From contig JALEVQ010000081.1 in NCBI GenBank assembly GCA_022788205.1, positions 27,278 through 91,277 on the forward strand: DNA of 64,000 nt, given 5' to 3'. A program made the position numbers and the translations under genes. The first letter of the stretch is position 1. Every line of letters starts with the position of its first letter. Under the pieces are notes generated by a model. That model was not told the origin of the DNA and did not search any database. It saw nothing but the letters and a program-made list of their open reading frames with translations. Of the stretch, positions 49,794-60,755 are shown piece after piece. Source of the stretch: Robinsoniella sp. (GTDB lineage: Bacteria; Bacillota; Clostridia; Lachnospirales; Lachnospiraceae).

Positions 49794-50870
49794 TTACTCT
49801 ACCTCATTGAGCTTGCTCAGACGAATTGCCTGATCTGCCGCAATCAAGCTGTCGATAATCTCGGATAAATCTCCGTTCATCACATCATCCAGTCTGTGCA
49901 GTGTCAGCTTGATTCTGTGATCTGTCACACGCCCCTGAGGGAAATTGTAGGTTCTGATCTTCTCCGAGCGATCCCCTGTTCCGACCTGGCTTCTTCTCGC
50001 TTCCGCCTCAGCGTCATGACGTTTCTCCAATTCCATCTCATACAGTCTTGAACGCAAAATTTTGAGTGCCTTGTCCTTATTTTTCAGCTGGGATTTTTCA
50101 TCCTGACAGGAGATCACAATTCCTGTAGGAATATGTGTCAGTCGAACCGCAGAATCTGTTGTGTTGACACACTGTCCGCCATTTCCAGAAGCGCGGAATA
50201 CATCAAATTTACAGTCGTTTAAGTCGAGCTGGAAGTCAATCTCCTCCGCCTCCGGCATAATTGCGACCGTAATTGTGGAAGTATGAATTCTTCCTCCGGA
50301 TTCAGTCTCTGGCACACGCTGTACACGGTGAACGCCGCTTTCATATTTCAGCTTTGAATACGCTCCTCTTCCGTTAATCATGAACACAGCTTCCTTAAAT
50401 CCGCCGATTCCATTTTCATTTAAACTCATCATCTCTGTCTTCCAGTGCTGCATATCTGCATATTTGACATACATTCTGTAAATCTCAGACGCAAACAGCG
50501 CTGCCTCATCTCCGCCGGCTCCGGCACGGATCTCTACGATTACGTTTTTCTCATCGTTTGGATCCTTCGGCAAAAGCAAAATTTTCAATTCATGCTCTAA
50601 CTCCTCGATGCGCTTCTTTGCCTCACTTAATTCTTCTTTGAGCATCTCGCGCATATCTTCGTCAGACTCTTCCTCGAGCATCGCCAGACTTTCTTCCACT
50701 GTCTCCTGGCATTTTTTATATTCCTTATAAGCGTCCACAATTGGCTGTAAGTCGCTTTGTTCTTTCATCAACTTCTGAAAGCGAGCCTGATCGTTTACCA
50801 CAGAAGGCTCATTTAATTCACTCATAATTTCTTCAAATCGGATCAACAAATCTTCCAATTTATCAAACAT
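49794..50870 (-). CDS. prfA: peptide chain release factor 1
   Basis: GGQ motif in context and the RF1 PxT-type domain. Confidence 0.85.
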   Translation of the reverse strand: MFDKLEDLLIRFEEIMSELNEPSVVNDQARFQKLMKEQSDLQPIVDAYKEYKKCQETVEESLAMLEEESDEDMREMLKEELSEAKKRIEELEHELKILLLPKDPNDEKNVIVEIRAGAGGDEAALFASEIYRMYVKYADMQHWKTEMMSLNENGIGGFKEAVFMINGRGAYSKLKYESGVHRVQRVPETESGGRIHTSTITVAIMPEAEEIDFQLDLNDCKFDVFRASGNGGQCVNTTDSAVRLTHIPTGIVISCQDEKSQLKNKDKALKILRSRLYEMELEKRHDAEAEARRSQVGTGDRSEKIRTYNFPQGRVTDHRIKLTLHRLDDVMNGDLSEIIDSLIAADQAIRLSKLNEVE

Positions 50871-50881
50871 TTCGTTTCCTC

Positions 50882-51712
50882 CTATCCTCTCTGTCCCATC
50901 ACAACACGGTCAAGTCCTGCCAAATCTTTCTTTACTCTCACATGCTCATATCCTGCCTGTCTCATCATCCCGGATACCGCCTCTGCCTGATCACACCCGA
51001 TCTCAAAAAGAAGCCATCCATTCTCTTTTAAGTGTTCCTGACTCTTCGCCACGATTTCCCGATAAAAAAACAATCCGTCTTCTCTTCCGTCAAGCGCCAT
51101 GCGCGGTTCATGATCACGCACCTCTTCCATCAGAGAATCAATCTGCGCTGTCGCAATATAAGGCGGATTTGATACAATACAGTCAAATTTCCCCTCCACC
51201 TGATCAAACAGGTTGCTTTTTATAAATGTCACATCTGCCTGCAGATTTCGTGCATTCTCTCGTGCCACCTCAAGTGCCTTCTCCGAGAGGTCTGCGCCGA
51301 CGCCTGTGACATCCTCCGCCATCTTCACGACACTGATCACAATACACCCGGAGCCCGTACACAGATCGAGCACCCGATCGTGTTTCTTTATCACTCCAAG
51401 CACTTCTTCCACCAGTGTCTCCGTGTCCTGACGCGGGATCAGGACATTCTCATTTACATGAAACGGCAGTCCCATAAATTCCTGCTCCCCTGTCAAATGC
51501 TGAAGCGGAATATGAAGACTGCGCTTTCTCAGAAACTCCTGATACCTTTGATAGATCGGATCAGGAATCTCTTCCTCTCTATTCAGAAGAAACCAAGTGC
51601 GGTCAATCTCTGCGCAATATTCCAACAGATACCAGGCATCAACTGCACTGTCCGCGATCTGCATTTCGGCAAGGAAATCTTCTCCCTGCCGAAGTGCCAT
51701 CTGCCACGTCAC
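50882..51712 (-). CDS. prmC: release-factor glutamine N5-methyltransferase (HemK)
   Basis: Contains LDLCTGSG and the NPPY motif. Confidence 0.8.
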   Translation of the reverse strand: MTWQMALRQGEDFLAEMQIADSAVDAWYLLEYCAEIDRTWFLLNREEEIPDPIYQRYQEFLRKRSLHIPLQHLTGEQEFMGLPFHVNENVLIPRQDTETLVEEVLGVIKKHDRVLDLCTGSGCIVISVVKMAEDVTGVGADLSEKALEVARENARNLQADVTFIKSNLFDQVEGKFDCIVSNPPYIATAQIDSLMEEVRDHEPRMALDGREDGLFFYREIVAKSQEHLKENGWLLFEIGCDQAEAVSGMMRQAGYEHVRVKKDLAGLDRVVMGQRG

Positions 51713-52698
51713 GCGGAAGCCTCCGCCTGCTGTTCTGTCGCCTGTGTCTCTTCCTCATAATGTTTTCCAAAATTTTCACTCAAATATTTTTTCCAGTCGA
51801 ACACTGCCTCTACCGATGCGATTCCAACCTCGATCATCGTATCATCCGGCTCTTTTGTTGTCATTCTCTGAAGCATCATGCCAGGCTTGCTCAGCAGTTC
51901 CACAAATTTATTGTCACTATTTCCGGCAAGGCGGATAAATTCATAGGATATTCCTGACACAACCGGCAGCAGAAGGAGACGATACACCACTCTCATAACC
52001 GGTGAATCTGTGCGGATAAACATAAACAGAATGATGCTGACTACCATGACAATCAGCAGAAAGCTTGTACCGCACCGCTTGTGATGCTTGGAACTTTTTC
52101 TTACATTCTCCACTGTCAGGTCCAGACCGTGTTCGATACAGTTGATACACTTATGCTCTGCTCCGTGATACATGAAAACTCTCTGAATGTCTTTCATTCT
52201 TGAAATCAAAATAATATACGCGAGGAAGATTGCAATTCGGATAATACCTTCTGCCAGACTGATCAAGAACGCAGAATCTGTCAGTTTTCTGACGATATTT
52301 GAGATGAAATACGGCAGAATCATAAAAATAGCCACAGACATCACGAGTGAGATTGCCACTGTCACTCCCATCAAAAGATCATCTGATTTTTTCTTCTGTT
52401 CCTCCGTCTTTGGCGGTTTTTTTTCATTCTTCTTTTCTTCCTCCTCATCTTCCTCAAGGAAGAAACTGGAAGAATACATCAACGTCTTCATTCCCAAGAT
52501 CAGGGAATCAAGAAAATTGAAAACACCGCGAATAATCGGTATTTTCTGAATCTTTTTATTCTTTACTATTCCTTTGTAATCATCTACCTTGATTTCGATC
52601 TCCTGGTTCGGTTTGCGCACTGCCACTGCATATCGGTCGCCATTTTTCATCATGACCCCTTCCATCACGGCCTGTCCGCCAATGTTCGATGATTTCAT
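51709..52698 (-). CDS. DUF1385 (YqhQ-like) membrane protein
   Basis: Begins MEGVMMK... and has the HGAEHK motif. It overlaps prmC by 4 nt, a conserved prfA-operon partner arrangement. Confidence 0.6.
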   Translation of the reverse strand: MKSSNIGGQAVMEGVMMKNGDRYAVAVRKPNQEIEIKVDDYKGIVKNKKIQKIPIIRGVFNFLDSLILGMKTLMYSSSFFLEEDEEEEKKNEKKPPKTEEQKKKSDDLLMGVTVAISLVMSVAIFMILPYFISNIVRKLTDSAFLISLAEGIIRIAIFLAYIILISRMKDIQRVFMYHGAEHKCINCIEHGLDLTVENVRKSSKHHKRCGTSFLLIVMVVSIILFMFIRTDSPVMRVVYRLLLLPVVSGISYEFIRLAGNSDNKFVELLSKPGMMLQRMTTKEPDDTMIEVGIASVEAVFDWKKYLSENFGKHYEEETQATEQQAEASA

Positions 52699-52834
52699 AC
52701 GTCTGTACCTCCTCCTGGTGCTCCTATCTTTCGCAAAATTCTCCTACATCATACACACCCACATACCTCTGCCGAAATTTCTCCCATAGAGCAAAAATAG
52801 GTTGAGATTTCGCAACCCCAACCTGATCTTTCTC

Positions 52835-53047
52835 TTACTTATTGATACCATATTTCTTATTGAATTTATCAATACGTCCACGAGCTGCAGTAGCTTTCTG
52901 CTGTCCTGTGTAGAATGAATGGCATTTTGAACATACTTCGACGTGAAGTTCCTTCTTTGTAGATCCTGTCACGAATGTGTTTCCACAGTTACAGGTAACA
53001 GTTGCCTGATAATACTTTGGATGGATTCCTTCTTTCATGATTTTCAC
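52835..53047 (-). CDS. rpmE: 50S ribosomal protein L31 (zinc-binding type)
   Basis: [10 protein letters not shown] start with CNCG...CSKCH. Confidence 0.85.
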   Translation of the reverse strand: MKIMKEGIHPKYYQATVTCNCGNTFVTGSTKKELHVEVCSKCHSFYTGQQKATAARGRIDKFNKKYGINK

Positions 53048-53253
53048 CTCTTCTTATGATTTTGTGAACTGCTTATTGCAGATCTATCCACCATCTGCAA
53101 TCCGTTTCCGGTCAATACTGCTCCCACGTTTCCACAGTAAGTTTCTCCGGACTATCCCTGCAAGTCCCTGCAGTTGTTCTATCCATGCTTGTTTTTTGAT
53201 TTACATAGCGATTAGATCATATCACATTTATGTTAAAATTGCAACCAGCTTTT

Positions 53254-54744
53254 TTAAATGAATTTCTGTTTTTTCACCGTCTGTACAAACTCCTGATTGT
53301 TCTTTGTCCTCGTGAACAAATTCAGAATATTCTCCACCGCCTCATCCGATTTCATGCCATTTAAGGCTTTCCTCATGATATAGACAGCCTCCAGTTCCTC
53401 GGAATCCAGGAGCAGATCTTCCCTTCTCGTGCTCGATTTCTGAATATCGATTGCCGGGAACACACGCTTTTCCGACAGCTTTCTATCCAGAACAAGCTCC
53501 ATATTTCCCGTTCCTTTGAATTCCTCGTAGATCACGTCATCCATCTTACTTCCTGTATCGATGAGTGCTGACGCTAAAATCGTCAGGCTCCCGCCCTCTC
53601 TCATATTGCGCGCCGCACCGAAAAACCGTTTCGGCATATGGAGCGCCGCCGGGTCAAGACCACCCGACAATGTTCGTCCACTCGGCGGTACAATCAAATT
53701 ATAGGCTCTCGCCAGACGTGTGATACTGTCGAGCAGAATGATCACATCTTTCTGATGCTCCACCAGACGTTTTGCACGCTCCATGACCATCTCAGCCACA
53801 CGTCTGTGGTGTTCTGGCAGCTCATCGAAGGTAGAATAGATAACCTCCACATTGTCACCACAGATTGCCTCCTTGATATCGGTCACTTCCTCTGGACGCT
53901 CATCGATCAGCAAAATGATCAGATGCATCTGCGGATTGTTCTGCTGGATGGATCGCGCGATATCCTTCAAAAGTGTCGTCTTTCCTGCCTTCGGCGGTGA
54001 CACAATCATACCTCTTTGTCCTTTTCCGATCGGCGAAATCAGATCGAGAATCCTCATCGATACTTCCTTTGGACCTCTCTCCATTTTCAGTCTCTTATTC
54101 GGGAAAATCGGTGTCATGTCCTCAAAATTATATCTCTTCATTGCCACAAATGGTGGCATTCCATTGATCGTCTTTAAGTACAGCAAAGCGGAAAACTTTT
54201 CCTGCTGCGTCTTAATCCTGGTGTTTCCGGAAATAATATCGCCGGTCTTTAAATTAAATTTCCTGATCTGTGATGGTGAGACATAGACATCATTGTCACC
54301 TGGCATATAATTCTCACAGCGGATAAATCCATATCCATCTGGCAGAACTTCCAAAATCCCATGTGCTATGATGCCGCTGTCAAGCTGTGATAACTCTCCC
54401 GGAGCCGCTTTGTCATCTCGAAAACGATTCTCCTCTCTTGGGGTTCTTTCTTCCCTGAAACGATTCTCTTCTCTTGACATTTTTTCTTCACGCAGACGAT
54501 AATCGTCCCTCACACCCTTTTCTTCTCTCAGAGGATTTTCTTCGCTCACATTTGTCTCTTCAATCAGAGTACTCTCCTGATCTCCCCTGGAAACCGTTTC
54601 CTGATTTTTTTCCTTCTCATCTTCTGCGAGCATTAATTCTATCAATTCGTTTTTTCTCAGTGCAGAAATGTGTTTTAATCCTCTTGCCTTTGCAATGTCT
54701 CGCAGTGCAACAGCCGATAAAGATTCATACTTTTCTCTTGTCAT
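53254..54744 (-). CDS. rho: transcription termination factor Rho with Arg/Glu-rich N-terminal insertion domain
   Basis: RNA-binding domain, P-loop [11 protein letters not shown] and Q/R loops. An approximately 70-aa insert carries REEKxxRxxxR-like repeats. Confidence 0.85.
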   Translation of the reverse strand: MTREKYESLSAVALRDIAKARGLKHISALRKNELIELMLAEDEKEKNQETVSRGDQESTLIEETNVSEENPLREEKGVRDDYRLREEKMSREENRFREERTPREENRFRDDKAAPGELSQLDSGIIAHGILEVLPDGYGFIRCENYMPGDNDVYVSPSQIRKFNLKTGDIISGNTRIKTQQEKFSALLYLKTINGMPPFVAMKRYNFEDMTPIFPNKRLKMERGPKEVSMRILDLISPIGKGQRGMIVSPPKAGKTTLLKDIARSIQQNNPQMHLIILLIDERPEEVTDIKEAICGDNVEVIYSTFDELPEHHRRVAEMVMERAKRLVEHQKDVIILLDSITRLARAYNLIVPPSGRTLSGGLDPAALHMPKRFFGAARNMREGGSLTILASALIDTGSKMDDVIYEEFKGTGNMELVLDRKLSEKRVFPAIDIQKSSTRREDLLLDSEELEAVYIMRKALNGMKSDEAVENILNLFTRTKNNQEFVQTVKKQKFI

Positions 54745-55184
54745 AAATTTTCTCGCCCATTTTCTATTGCAGAAACGAGCCGCTCCTTTCCCTTATGCGA
54801 TTCACTTTTATGGATGTCTGAAAATGTTGGATGCCACGCGCAGTTTCCCAAAACAGCGCACGTCTACGGTCTACGCGGATCTATCCGCCAGAAGCTTTTT
54901 AAAGATTTGTTTACAGGAGTCCTTGTCTGAAATGACATTGATTGTATTTAGACCTGATACCACTATACCACAAAATATCCGTAAAAAAAAGAGATTTTTT
55001 GACGATTCTTTTCCCATATATTCCATATTCTTTGACAGATTAGCGCATTTTCAAGCAGAGGTTCAAAATCTTCTTTGCTTTTTCTCATGAACGCAGATCG
55101 CTTCTCAGTGTCTGCGTTCACATGTTCTCCAATTCACGCATCCTTTCCTTGTTCTGGATCTATTTTGCTCCAAAAAGCACTGTT

Positions 55185-55565
55185 TTATGATAACATGCCG
55201 CCAATCATTCCCGACCCGGCACATAAAATCAGTGTCGTGAATATATGAAATCCTTCCTGCAGCAAAATACGCCCTGACGCAGCTGAGATCCCCGTCAAAA
55301 TCAGGAAATAGAGAACCCCCACTCCCAATCCCCATAAGTATTTTTTGCTCTCAATTCCTTTTCCTGCGAGAAACCCTCCCACAAATCCGGACACAATATA
55401 GATCACCAAGATTCCCGCTGCCACCTTACTCTCGTCCAGATCCATCTTATAGAGCAAAAGTGCCAGGATCAGGAGCATCACTGCCGTCATGAAATAAGAG
55501 GCAAAGAGCGCCGTCATACAGATAGCCGCCTTTTTTTTCGTCCGCACTGTCTTTCCACCGTCCAT
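55185..55565 (-). CDS. small 4-TM membrane protein (hypothetical)
   Basis: 126 aa and hydrophobic. No recognised motif. Confidence 0.35.
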   Translation of the reverse strand: MDGGKTVRTKKKAAICMTALFASYFMTAVMLLILALLLYKMDLDESKVAAGILVIYIVSGFVGGFLAGKGIESKKYLWGLGVGVLYFLILTGISAASGRILLQEGFHIFTTLILCAGSGMIGGMLS

Positions 55566-55759
55566 CTACATTTCCCTCCTCCTTTTTCATTGTATGACAC
55601 TGGGAATCAAATTATTACCTTGCCAATCGTTCAAAAATATTGTATATTTGTAACAGTTCATTACCTATGAACCTCCATCCGCTTTTCACTGCAATGGACT
55701 ATGGTATGCACAGGTTGAACGAACTGAAACAACGATACCATTATTTTTATCAAAAGGAG

Positions 55760-57061
55760 ATGACTTATTTGGATTCAAGTGATGCCATACAGCTGATCAT
55801 TATTTTGGTGCTGATTCTCTTATCAGCCTTTTTCTCATCAGCTGAAACCGCATTGACAACCTCAAACAAACTCAGAATCAAAACCCTCGCTGACCAGGGC
55901 GACAAACGTGCCGCCACTTTGATCAAGTTGACAGAAAATCCAAGCAAGATGCTCAGTGCGATCCTGATAGGAAACAACATTGTCAACATTTTCTGTTCTT
56001 CTCTGACGACAACATGGGTTACCAGAGTGTTTGGAAATGCGGCGGTCGGAATTTCGACCGGACTTTTAACTTTACTAATCTTAATTTTTGGAGAGATCAC
56101 TCCGAAGACAATGGCCACAGTTCATGCCGAAAAGTTAGGGCTTGCCTACGCCGGCATTATTTATCTGATGGTCCGCATTATGACACCACTTATCTTCATT
56201 GTCAATAAACTTGCAAACGGTGTTCTGAAATTGCTGCGCATCGACTCTTCCCAGTCCGGCAACGCAATCACAGAACATGAGCTGCGCACCATCGTAGATG
56301 TCAGCCACGAAGAAGGCGTCATCGAGAGCGATGAGCGCCAGATGATTTACAACGTGTTCGATTTTGGTGATTCTCAGGCAAAAGATATCATGGTTCCGCG
56401 TGTCGATATGATTTCTATCGATATCCACAGTACTTACGAACAAATTATTGATGTGTTCAAGCGTGAAAAATTCACACGCCTTCCTGTATATGAGAAAAGT
56501 CCAGACAATGTTGTCGGTTTGATCAATGTCAAAGACCTTCTTCTCTACACTTCGCCGGAACAATTCAACATTCAGGATATCATGAGAAAACCTCATTTCA
56601 CCTACGAATTTAAAAAGACTTCCGAGCTGATGATGGAGATGCGCCAATACTCTATCAACTTCACCATCGTCCTCGATGAATACGGTGCCACTGCCGGACT
56701 TATCACATTAGAGGACCTTCTCGAGGAGATCGTGGGCGAGATCCGTGATGAGTACGACAAAGATGAAGAAGATCTGATCAAAAAAATCAGCGATACAGAA
56801 TACATTGTCGAAGGTTCCATGAAACTTGATGACATCAACGATGCCCTCGGACTTCAGCTCAATTCTGAAGACTATGACTCAATCGGCGGATATGTCATCG
56901 AAAAACTGGATCATCTGCCCGAAGTTCACGAGTCCGTCACTTCCGACGACGGTATCCGTCTCGTCGTAGATGACATCATCAAAAACAGAATCAACAAAAT
57001 TCATCTTTATCTGCCATCCGAATTTCCAGACGTGGAAGATTCTTCTGATTCTCCCGCCTGA
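55760..57061 (+). CDS. CNNM/DUF21-CBS-CorC_HlyC family transporter (TlyC/CorC-like)
   Basis: DUF21 TM domain, a CBS pair and the C-terminal CorC_HlyC domain. The start may be the TTG at 55769, downstream of an AAGGAG RBS. Confidence 0.75.
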   Translation: MTYLDSSDAIQLIIILVLILLSAFFSSAETALTTSNKLRIKTLADQGDKRAATLIKLTENPSKMLSAILIGNNIVNIFCSSLTTTWVTRVFGNAAVGISTGLLTLLILIFGEITPKTMATVHAEKLGLAYAGIIYLMVRIMTPLIFIVNKLANGVLKLLRIDSSQSGNAITEHELRTIVDVSHEEGVIESDERQMIYNVFDFGDSQAKDIMVPRVDMISIDIHSTYEQIIDVFKREKFTRLPVYEKSPDNVVGLINVKDLLLYTSPEQFNIQDIMRKPHFTYEFKKTSELMMEMRQYSINFTIVLDEYGATAGLITLEDLLEEIVGEIRDEYDKDEEDLIKKISDTEYIVEGSMKLDDINDALGLQLNSEDYDSIGGYVIEKLDHLPEVHESVTSDDGIRLVVDDIIKNRINKIHLYLPSEFPDVEDSSDSPA

Positions 57062-57087
57062 CACTGGATTCTTTCCATAAAACATAG

Positions 57088-57160
57088 CTGTCCCTTTCTC
57101 CGTTTCGTCGGGCAATCAAATCGCCTGAAAAACAGAGAAAGGGACAGTTTTTTATTTTCT
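57088..57160. terminator. bidirectional terminator (13-bp stem CTGTCCCTTTCTC/GAGAAAGGGACAG, T-run)
   Basis: Lies between the convergent transporter (+) and sigma-like gene (-). Confidence 0.55.
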
Positions 57161-57161
57161 G

Positions 57162-57980
57162 TCATTCTTCCTCATCAAGAAAATTTTCATGTTCATGGTG
57201 ATGCCCGTGATGATGCTCATGATGTTCATTGCCTTCCATCTCAATCTCATCACCTGCCATCCTCAAAATATCCTCGATCTCATCGGTTGGCATCTCTAAA
57301 TATGCTGACAACTCTTCCACTGAGACTTTATGTTCCAGCTCTTCCTCCAGATTGTGAATTGCCTCACTCAGATAATTGACTCGCTCTGCAATCTCCTCGC
57401 CCGCATGGCGACTGTCCCTCTGCATCTCAATCGCTTCCTCAATCGCTCCCCTGATCTGACTTTGCAGAAACATATCTGCCTCCAGGATTCTCGCTGTGCC
57501 ACTGAGACCATCGACTGCCATCATCAGCCCTATATTGCCCTCCTGGATCAAATCTCCAAGCGGCAGCTCTTTTTTCTCGTATTCTTTTGCGATTTTCGCC
57601 ACAATCGGAAGATACATCTCAATCAGCCTTACCTTCGCCATCGCATCTCCCCGCATGACGCTCTGAATCACCTCAATCTTCTCTTCCTGTGAAGCAATCT
57701 GAATATTCTGAAGTTCTTCCTCGTAAAAACTGAGGTATTCCGACTCCTGACCTGCCCACTCTGCGAGATCTTCCTCCAGATTTTCGTGCTGTTCCTCATA
57801 TCCCAGAACCTGAATATTCTGTCCGGCAAGATATTCAAAAATCATCTTCATCTGCTCATCATTAAAATGACTGTCCTGAAAAAAATTCCGCACTTCTTCC
57901 TCTGTCAGTACATTCCCCTTCTGGTCTGCAAGTTCTTTAATCTCCTTTAACATTTCACGAAAAACAAATTTTTCTTTCAT
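57162..57980 (-). CDS. sigma-70-like protein with regions 1.1-2.2 and 3 but no region 4; His-rich C-terminal tail
   Basis: DLIQEGNIGLMMAVD matches sigma region 2.2, but region 2.3/2.4 (YATWWIRQAI) and region 4 are absent. The protein ends HHEHHHGHHHEHENFLDEEE. Confidence 0.5.
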   Translation of the reverse strand: MKEKFVFREMLKEIKELADQKGNVLTEEEVRNFFQDSHFNDEQMKMIFEYLAGQNIQVLGYEEQHENLEEDLAEWAGQESEYLSFYEEELQNIQIASQEEKIEVIQSVMRGDAMAKVRLIEMYLPIVAKIAKEYEKKELPLGDLIQEGNIGLMMAVDGLSGTARILEADMFLQSQIRGAIEEAIEMQRDSRHAGEEIAERVNYLSEAIHNLEEELEHKVSVEELSAYLEMPTDEIEDILRMAGDEIEMEGNEHHEHHHGHHHEHENFLDEEE

Positions 57981-58003
57981 CTTTTATCTCCGTTCCGCCG
58001 CCA

Positions 58004-59224
58004 TTATTGCAGCAAAGATTCGTCTTCTTTCAGTATTGAGATTGCTTTCTGGATCTGGTTATCGTCCTCCATCGGGATGACATTCTGACTCTCCACATCC
58101 TCGTTCAATTCAATCTCCACATCCGGTGTAATTCCTTTTTTGTGGATATCGTTACCGTTTGGCGTATAATATTTTGCTGTTGTCAGTTTCAGCGCGCTGC
58201 CGTCCGAGAGACTGTATGTTGTCTGGACAATCCCTTTTCCATATGTCGTCGTCCCGACAATCGTTCCAACATTGTGATCCTGAATCGCCCCCGCAAAAAT
58301 CTCAGCTGCACTTGCGCTGTCACCGTTCACGAGAACCGCAAGCGGCTTTGTAAACTGGTGCTCCTCATCCGAGGTATACTCTGAACGATTTCCATTCTTA
58401 TCTTCAATATATACCATCAAGCCTTCCGGCAAAATCTGATCAAGAATATCACACACACTTGTAAGCATTCCGCCCGGATTGTCACGCACATCCACGATCA
58501 GTTTTTCCATGCCCTGTTCCTCCAACTCCTCCAGCGCACTCTCAAACTGGCTGACTGTGACAGAGTCAAACTCGATAATCTGGAGATATCCGATCTCATC
58601 ATCCAGCATCTCCTGGTAGACCGTCGGTACTTCCACATTTGTGCGCTCCATCGAGAATGTCAGCAGCTCTGACTCACCTTCCCGCAACACCTTCAGCTCG
58701 ATGATATCCTGTTCTCCTTTTTGGATCACATTCACCACTTCACTCAGCGTCATCTCTTCTGTGCTCTGCCCGTTAATTTCTTTCAAAATATCATTCGGAA
58801 GCATCCCCGCCTTCTCAGCAGGCGCCCCCTCATAACAGCGGATTACTCTGATCTCATTTGTATCAAAATTTTGTGTCATCAACACACCGATTCCCTTGTA
58901 ACTTCCGTTCAGAGAGCGCTGTACGCTCTCCATCTCCTCCACAGTATAGTACGCAGCATAAGGATCCTCCAGTCCTGCCACCAGACCCTTATACATATAG
59001 TTCTCCATCTGTTCCTTGTCCACTTCTTCAAGATTATAGGCATCAATCATCATCTCAATCTCTGCCAATTTATTGACACTCTCCTGCGTAACCGCACTAT
59101 CCCCTGTGTCAGCCGAAGCTTCGCCGCGAATTTTCCCCTTCACGCCCAGCGCCACCACTCCTATAAGCAACATAAACGCCCATCCGCTCAAAAATCCCTT
59201 AAAAAAATGATAATCTTTTTTCAT
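58004..59224 (-). CDS. ctpA: S41 carboxy-terminal processing protease
   Basis: Signal anchor, a PDZ domain, and the GDSASAAEIFAGA and TYGKG motifs. Confidence 0.8.
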   Translation of the reverse strand: MKKDYHFFKGFLSGWAFMLLIGVVALGVKGKIRGEASADTGDSAVTQESVNKLAEIEMMIDAYNLEEVDKEQMENYMYKGLVAGLEDPYAAYYTVEEMESVQRSLNGSYKGIGVLMTQNFDTNEIRVIRCYEGAPAEKAGMLPNDILKEINGQSTEEMTLSEVVNVIQKGEQDIIELKVLREGESELLTFSMERTNVEVPTVYQEMLDDEIGYLQIIEFDSVTVSQFESALEELEEQGMEKLIVDVRDNPGGMLTSVCDILDQILPEGLMVYIEDKNGNRSEYTSDEEHQFTKPLAVLVNGDSASAAEIFAGAIQDHNVGTIVGTTTYGKGIVQTTYSLSDGSALKLTTAKYYTPNGNDIHKKGITPDVEIELNEDVESQNVIPMEDDNQIQKAISILKEDESLLQ

Positions 59225-59403
59225 TTATACGCCTCTTTCTATCTCTCTTCGTTTTTCTTCTGTTATCTATCCTATCATCATAGAAAACTTTTTATTCCGC
59301 AAATGCGATCTCTATCTGCCAAGGTAACAAAATGAGACTGCCGCAAAAAACGTCAGACTCTTCCTCGCAGCCAGACTCTCTTTCCACAGCAGCCCCATCT
59401 TTT

Positions 59404-60483
59404 TTAATAATCAAGCGATTCCATATATTTCACAACCATCAAAGCAATCTTAAAGGTGATCGCATCCTCAAACACGCGCAGATCAAGTCCTGTACTCTTT
59501 TGCAGTTTATCAAGGCGATACACCAGTGTATTTCTGTGAATATAAAGCTGACGAGATGTCTCAGAGACATTTAAGCTGTTCTCAAAAAACTTGTTGATCG
59601 TCGTGAGTGTCTCTTCATCGAAGTCATCCGGCGACTTTCCATCAAAGATTTCCCGGATAAACATCTTGCACAGCGGAATCGGCAGCTGGTAAATCAGACG
59701 CCCAATTCCAAGTGAACTATATGCTATCACTTGTCTTTCGTTGAAGAAGATTTTTCCGACATCGAGTGCCATTCTCGCCTCTTTATAGGATTTGGAAACC
59801 TCCTTGATCTCATTTACAATAGTTCCATATGCGATATGAGCATTCTCTTTTCTGTCCGGTGAAAGCACTTCAAAAATGCTGTTTGCTGTCTTATCCATCT
59901 CAGGATATCCTTCTCCCTCTTTTAACTCTTTCACCACGATAATGCTCTTCTCATCGACTGCTGTGATAAAATCCCCTGTCTTTCCGCTGAACAGCGTTCT
60001 CACACTCTCCAGAGAATGCGTGTCTTTCTCATGATTTGTCTCAAGAATGAACACCACACGCCGTGCTTCTGCTTCAATATGCAGTTTTTTGGCTCTGTTA
60101 TAGATATCTACCAGCAGCAGATTATCCAGCAATAAATTTTTGATAAAATTATCTTTGTCAAAGCGCTCTTTATACGCGACCAGCAGATTCTGGATCTGGA
60201 ACACAGCTACTTTTCCAACCATGTAGGAATCATCACTGCTCCCGTTCGCCAGCAGAATATATTCCAGCTGCTGTTCATCAAAGACCTTAAAAAATTGATA
60301 TCCCTGCACTTCCTGGCTGTCTGCCGGAGATTGTACAAAAGAAATGATAGAATCCCGATAGTTCTCTGCCTCCGCGAATGTCGATGCTAGTATATTGCCC
60401 TCGGTGTCCATCACACATAAATCTACTCTCGTGATTACCTTTAAGCCGTCAAGCGTAGTCTGTAAAATTTGATTTGATATCAC
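59404..60483 (-). CDS. PucR/CdaR-family transcriptional regulator
   Basis: GGDEF-like middle domain and a C-terminal HTH, SRQLYIHRNTLVYRLDKL. Confidence 0.65.
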   Translation of the reverse strand: MISNQILQTTLDGLKVITRVDLCVMDTEGNILASTFAEAENYRDSIISFVQSPADSQEVQGYQFFKVFDEQQLEYILLANGSSDDSYMVGKVAVFQIQNLLVAYKERFDKDNFIKNLLLDNLLLVDIYNRAKKLHIEAEARRVVFILETNHEKDTHSLESVRTLFSGKTGDFITAVDEKSIIVVKELKEGEGYPEMDKTANSIFEVLSPDRKENAHIAYGTIVNEIKEVSKSYKEARMALDVGKIFFNERQVIAYSSLGIGRLIYQLPIPLCKMFIREIFDGKSPDDFDEETLTTINKFFENSLNVSETSRQLYIHRNTLVYRLDKLQKSTGLDLRVFEDAITFKIALMVVKYMESLDY

Positions 60484-60755
60484 AACGCGCCACTCCTTTT
60501 TCTTTTTATAGCTTTTGCTTCCGCATTTGCTGCGGTCTTTGTTTCCCCAAAAATGATTTTCGATCTCTGTATACTATTGTAATATAAATATAGAAAAAAA
60601 TAAAGAAAAATCAATGCACTTTTCACAAATTTCTTTTTTTGTGCATTCGATTGCCGCGTCTGTCTGTCAAAACTTTGAGGCGCCGCAGCCGGCGCATTTC
60701 TCATCTTTCCGTCCATCCCTCCTCTTCAGAGCAGTGGACTTTTCCTGTTAAAGAT

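Noticed and set aside
60480-60716. 78-aa minus-strand ORF overlapping the pucR start
   Set aside because: Lies in the AT-rich promoter region of the PucR regulator. It is basic and low-complexity and lacks an RBS.
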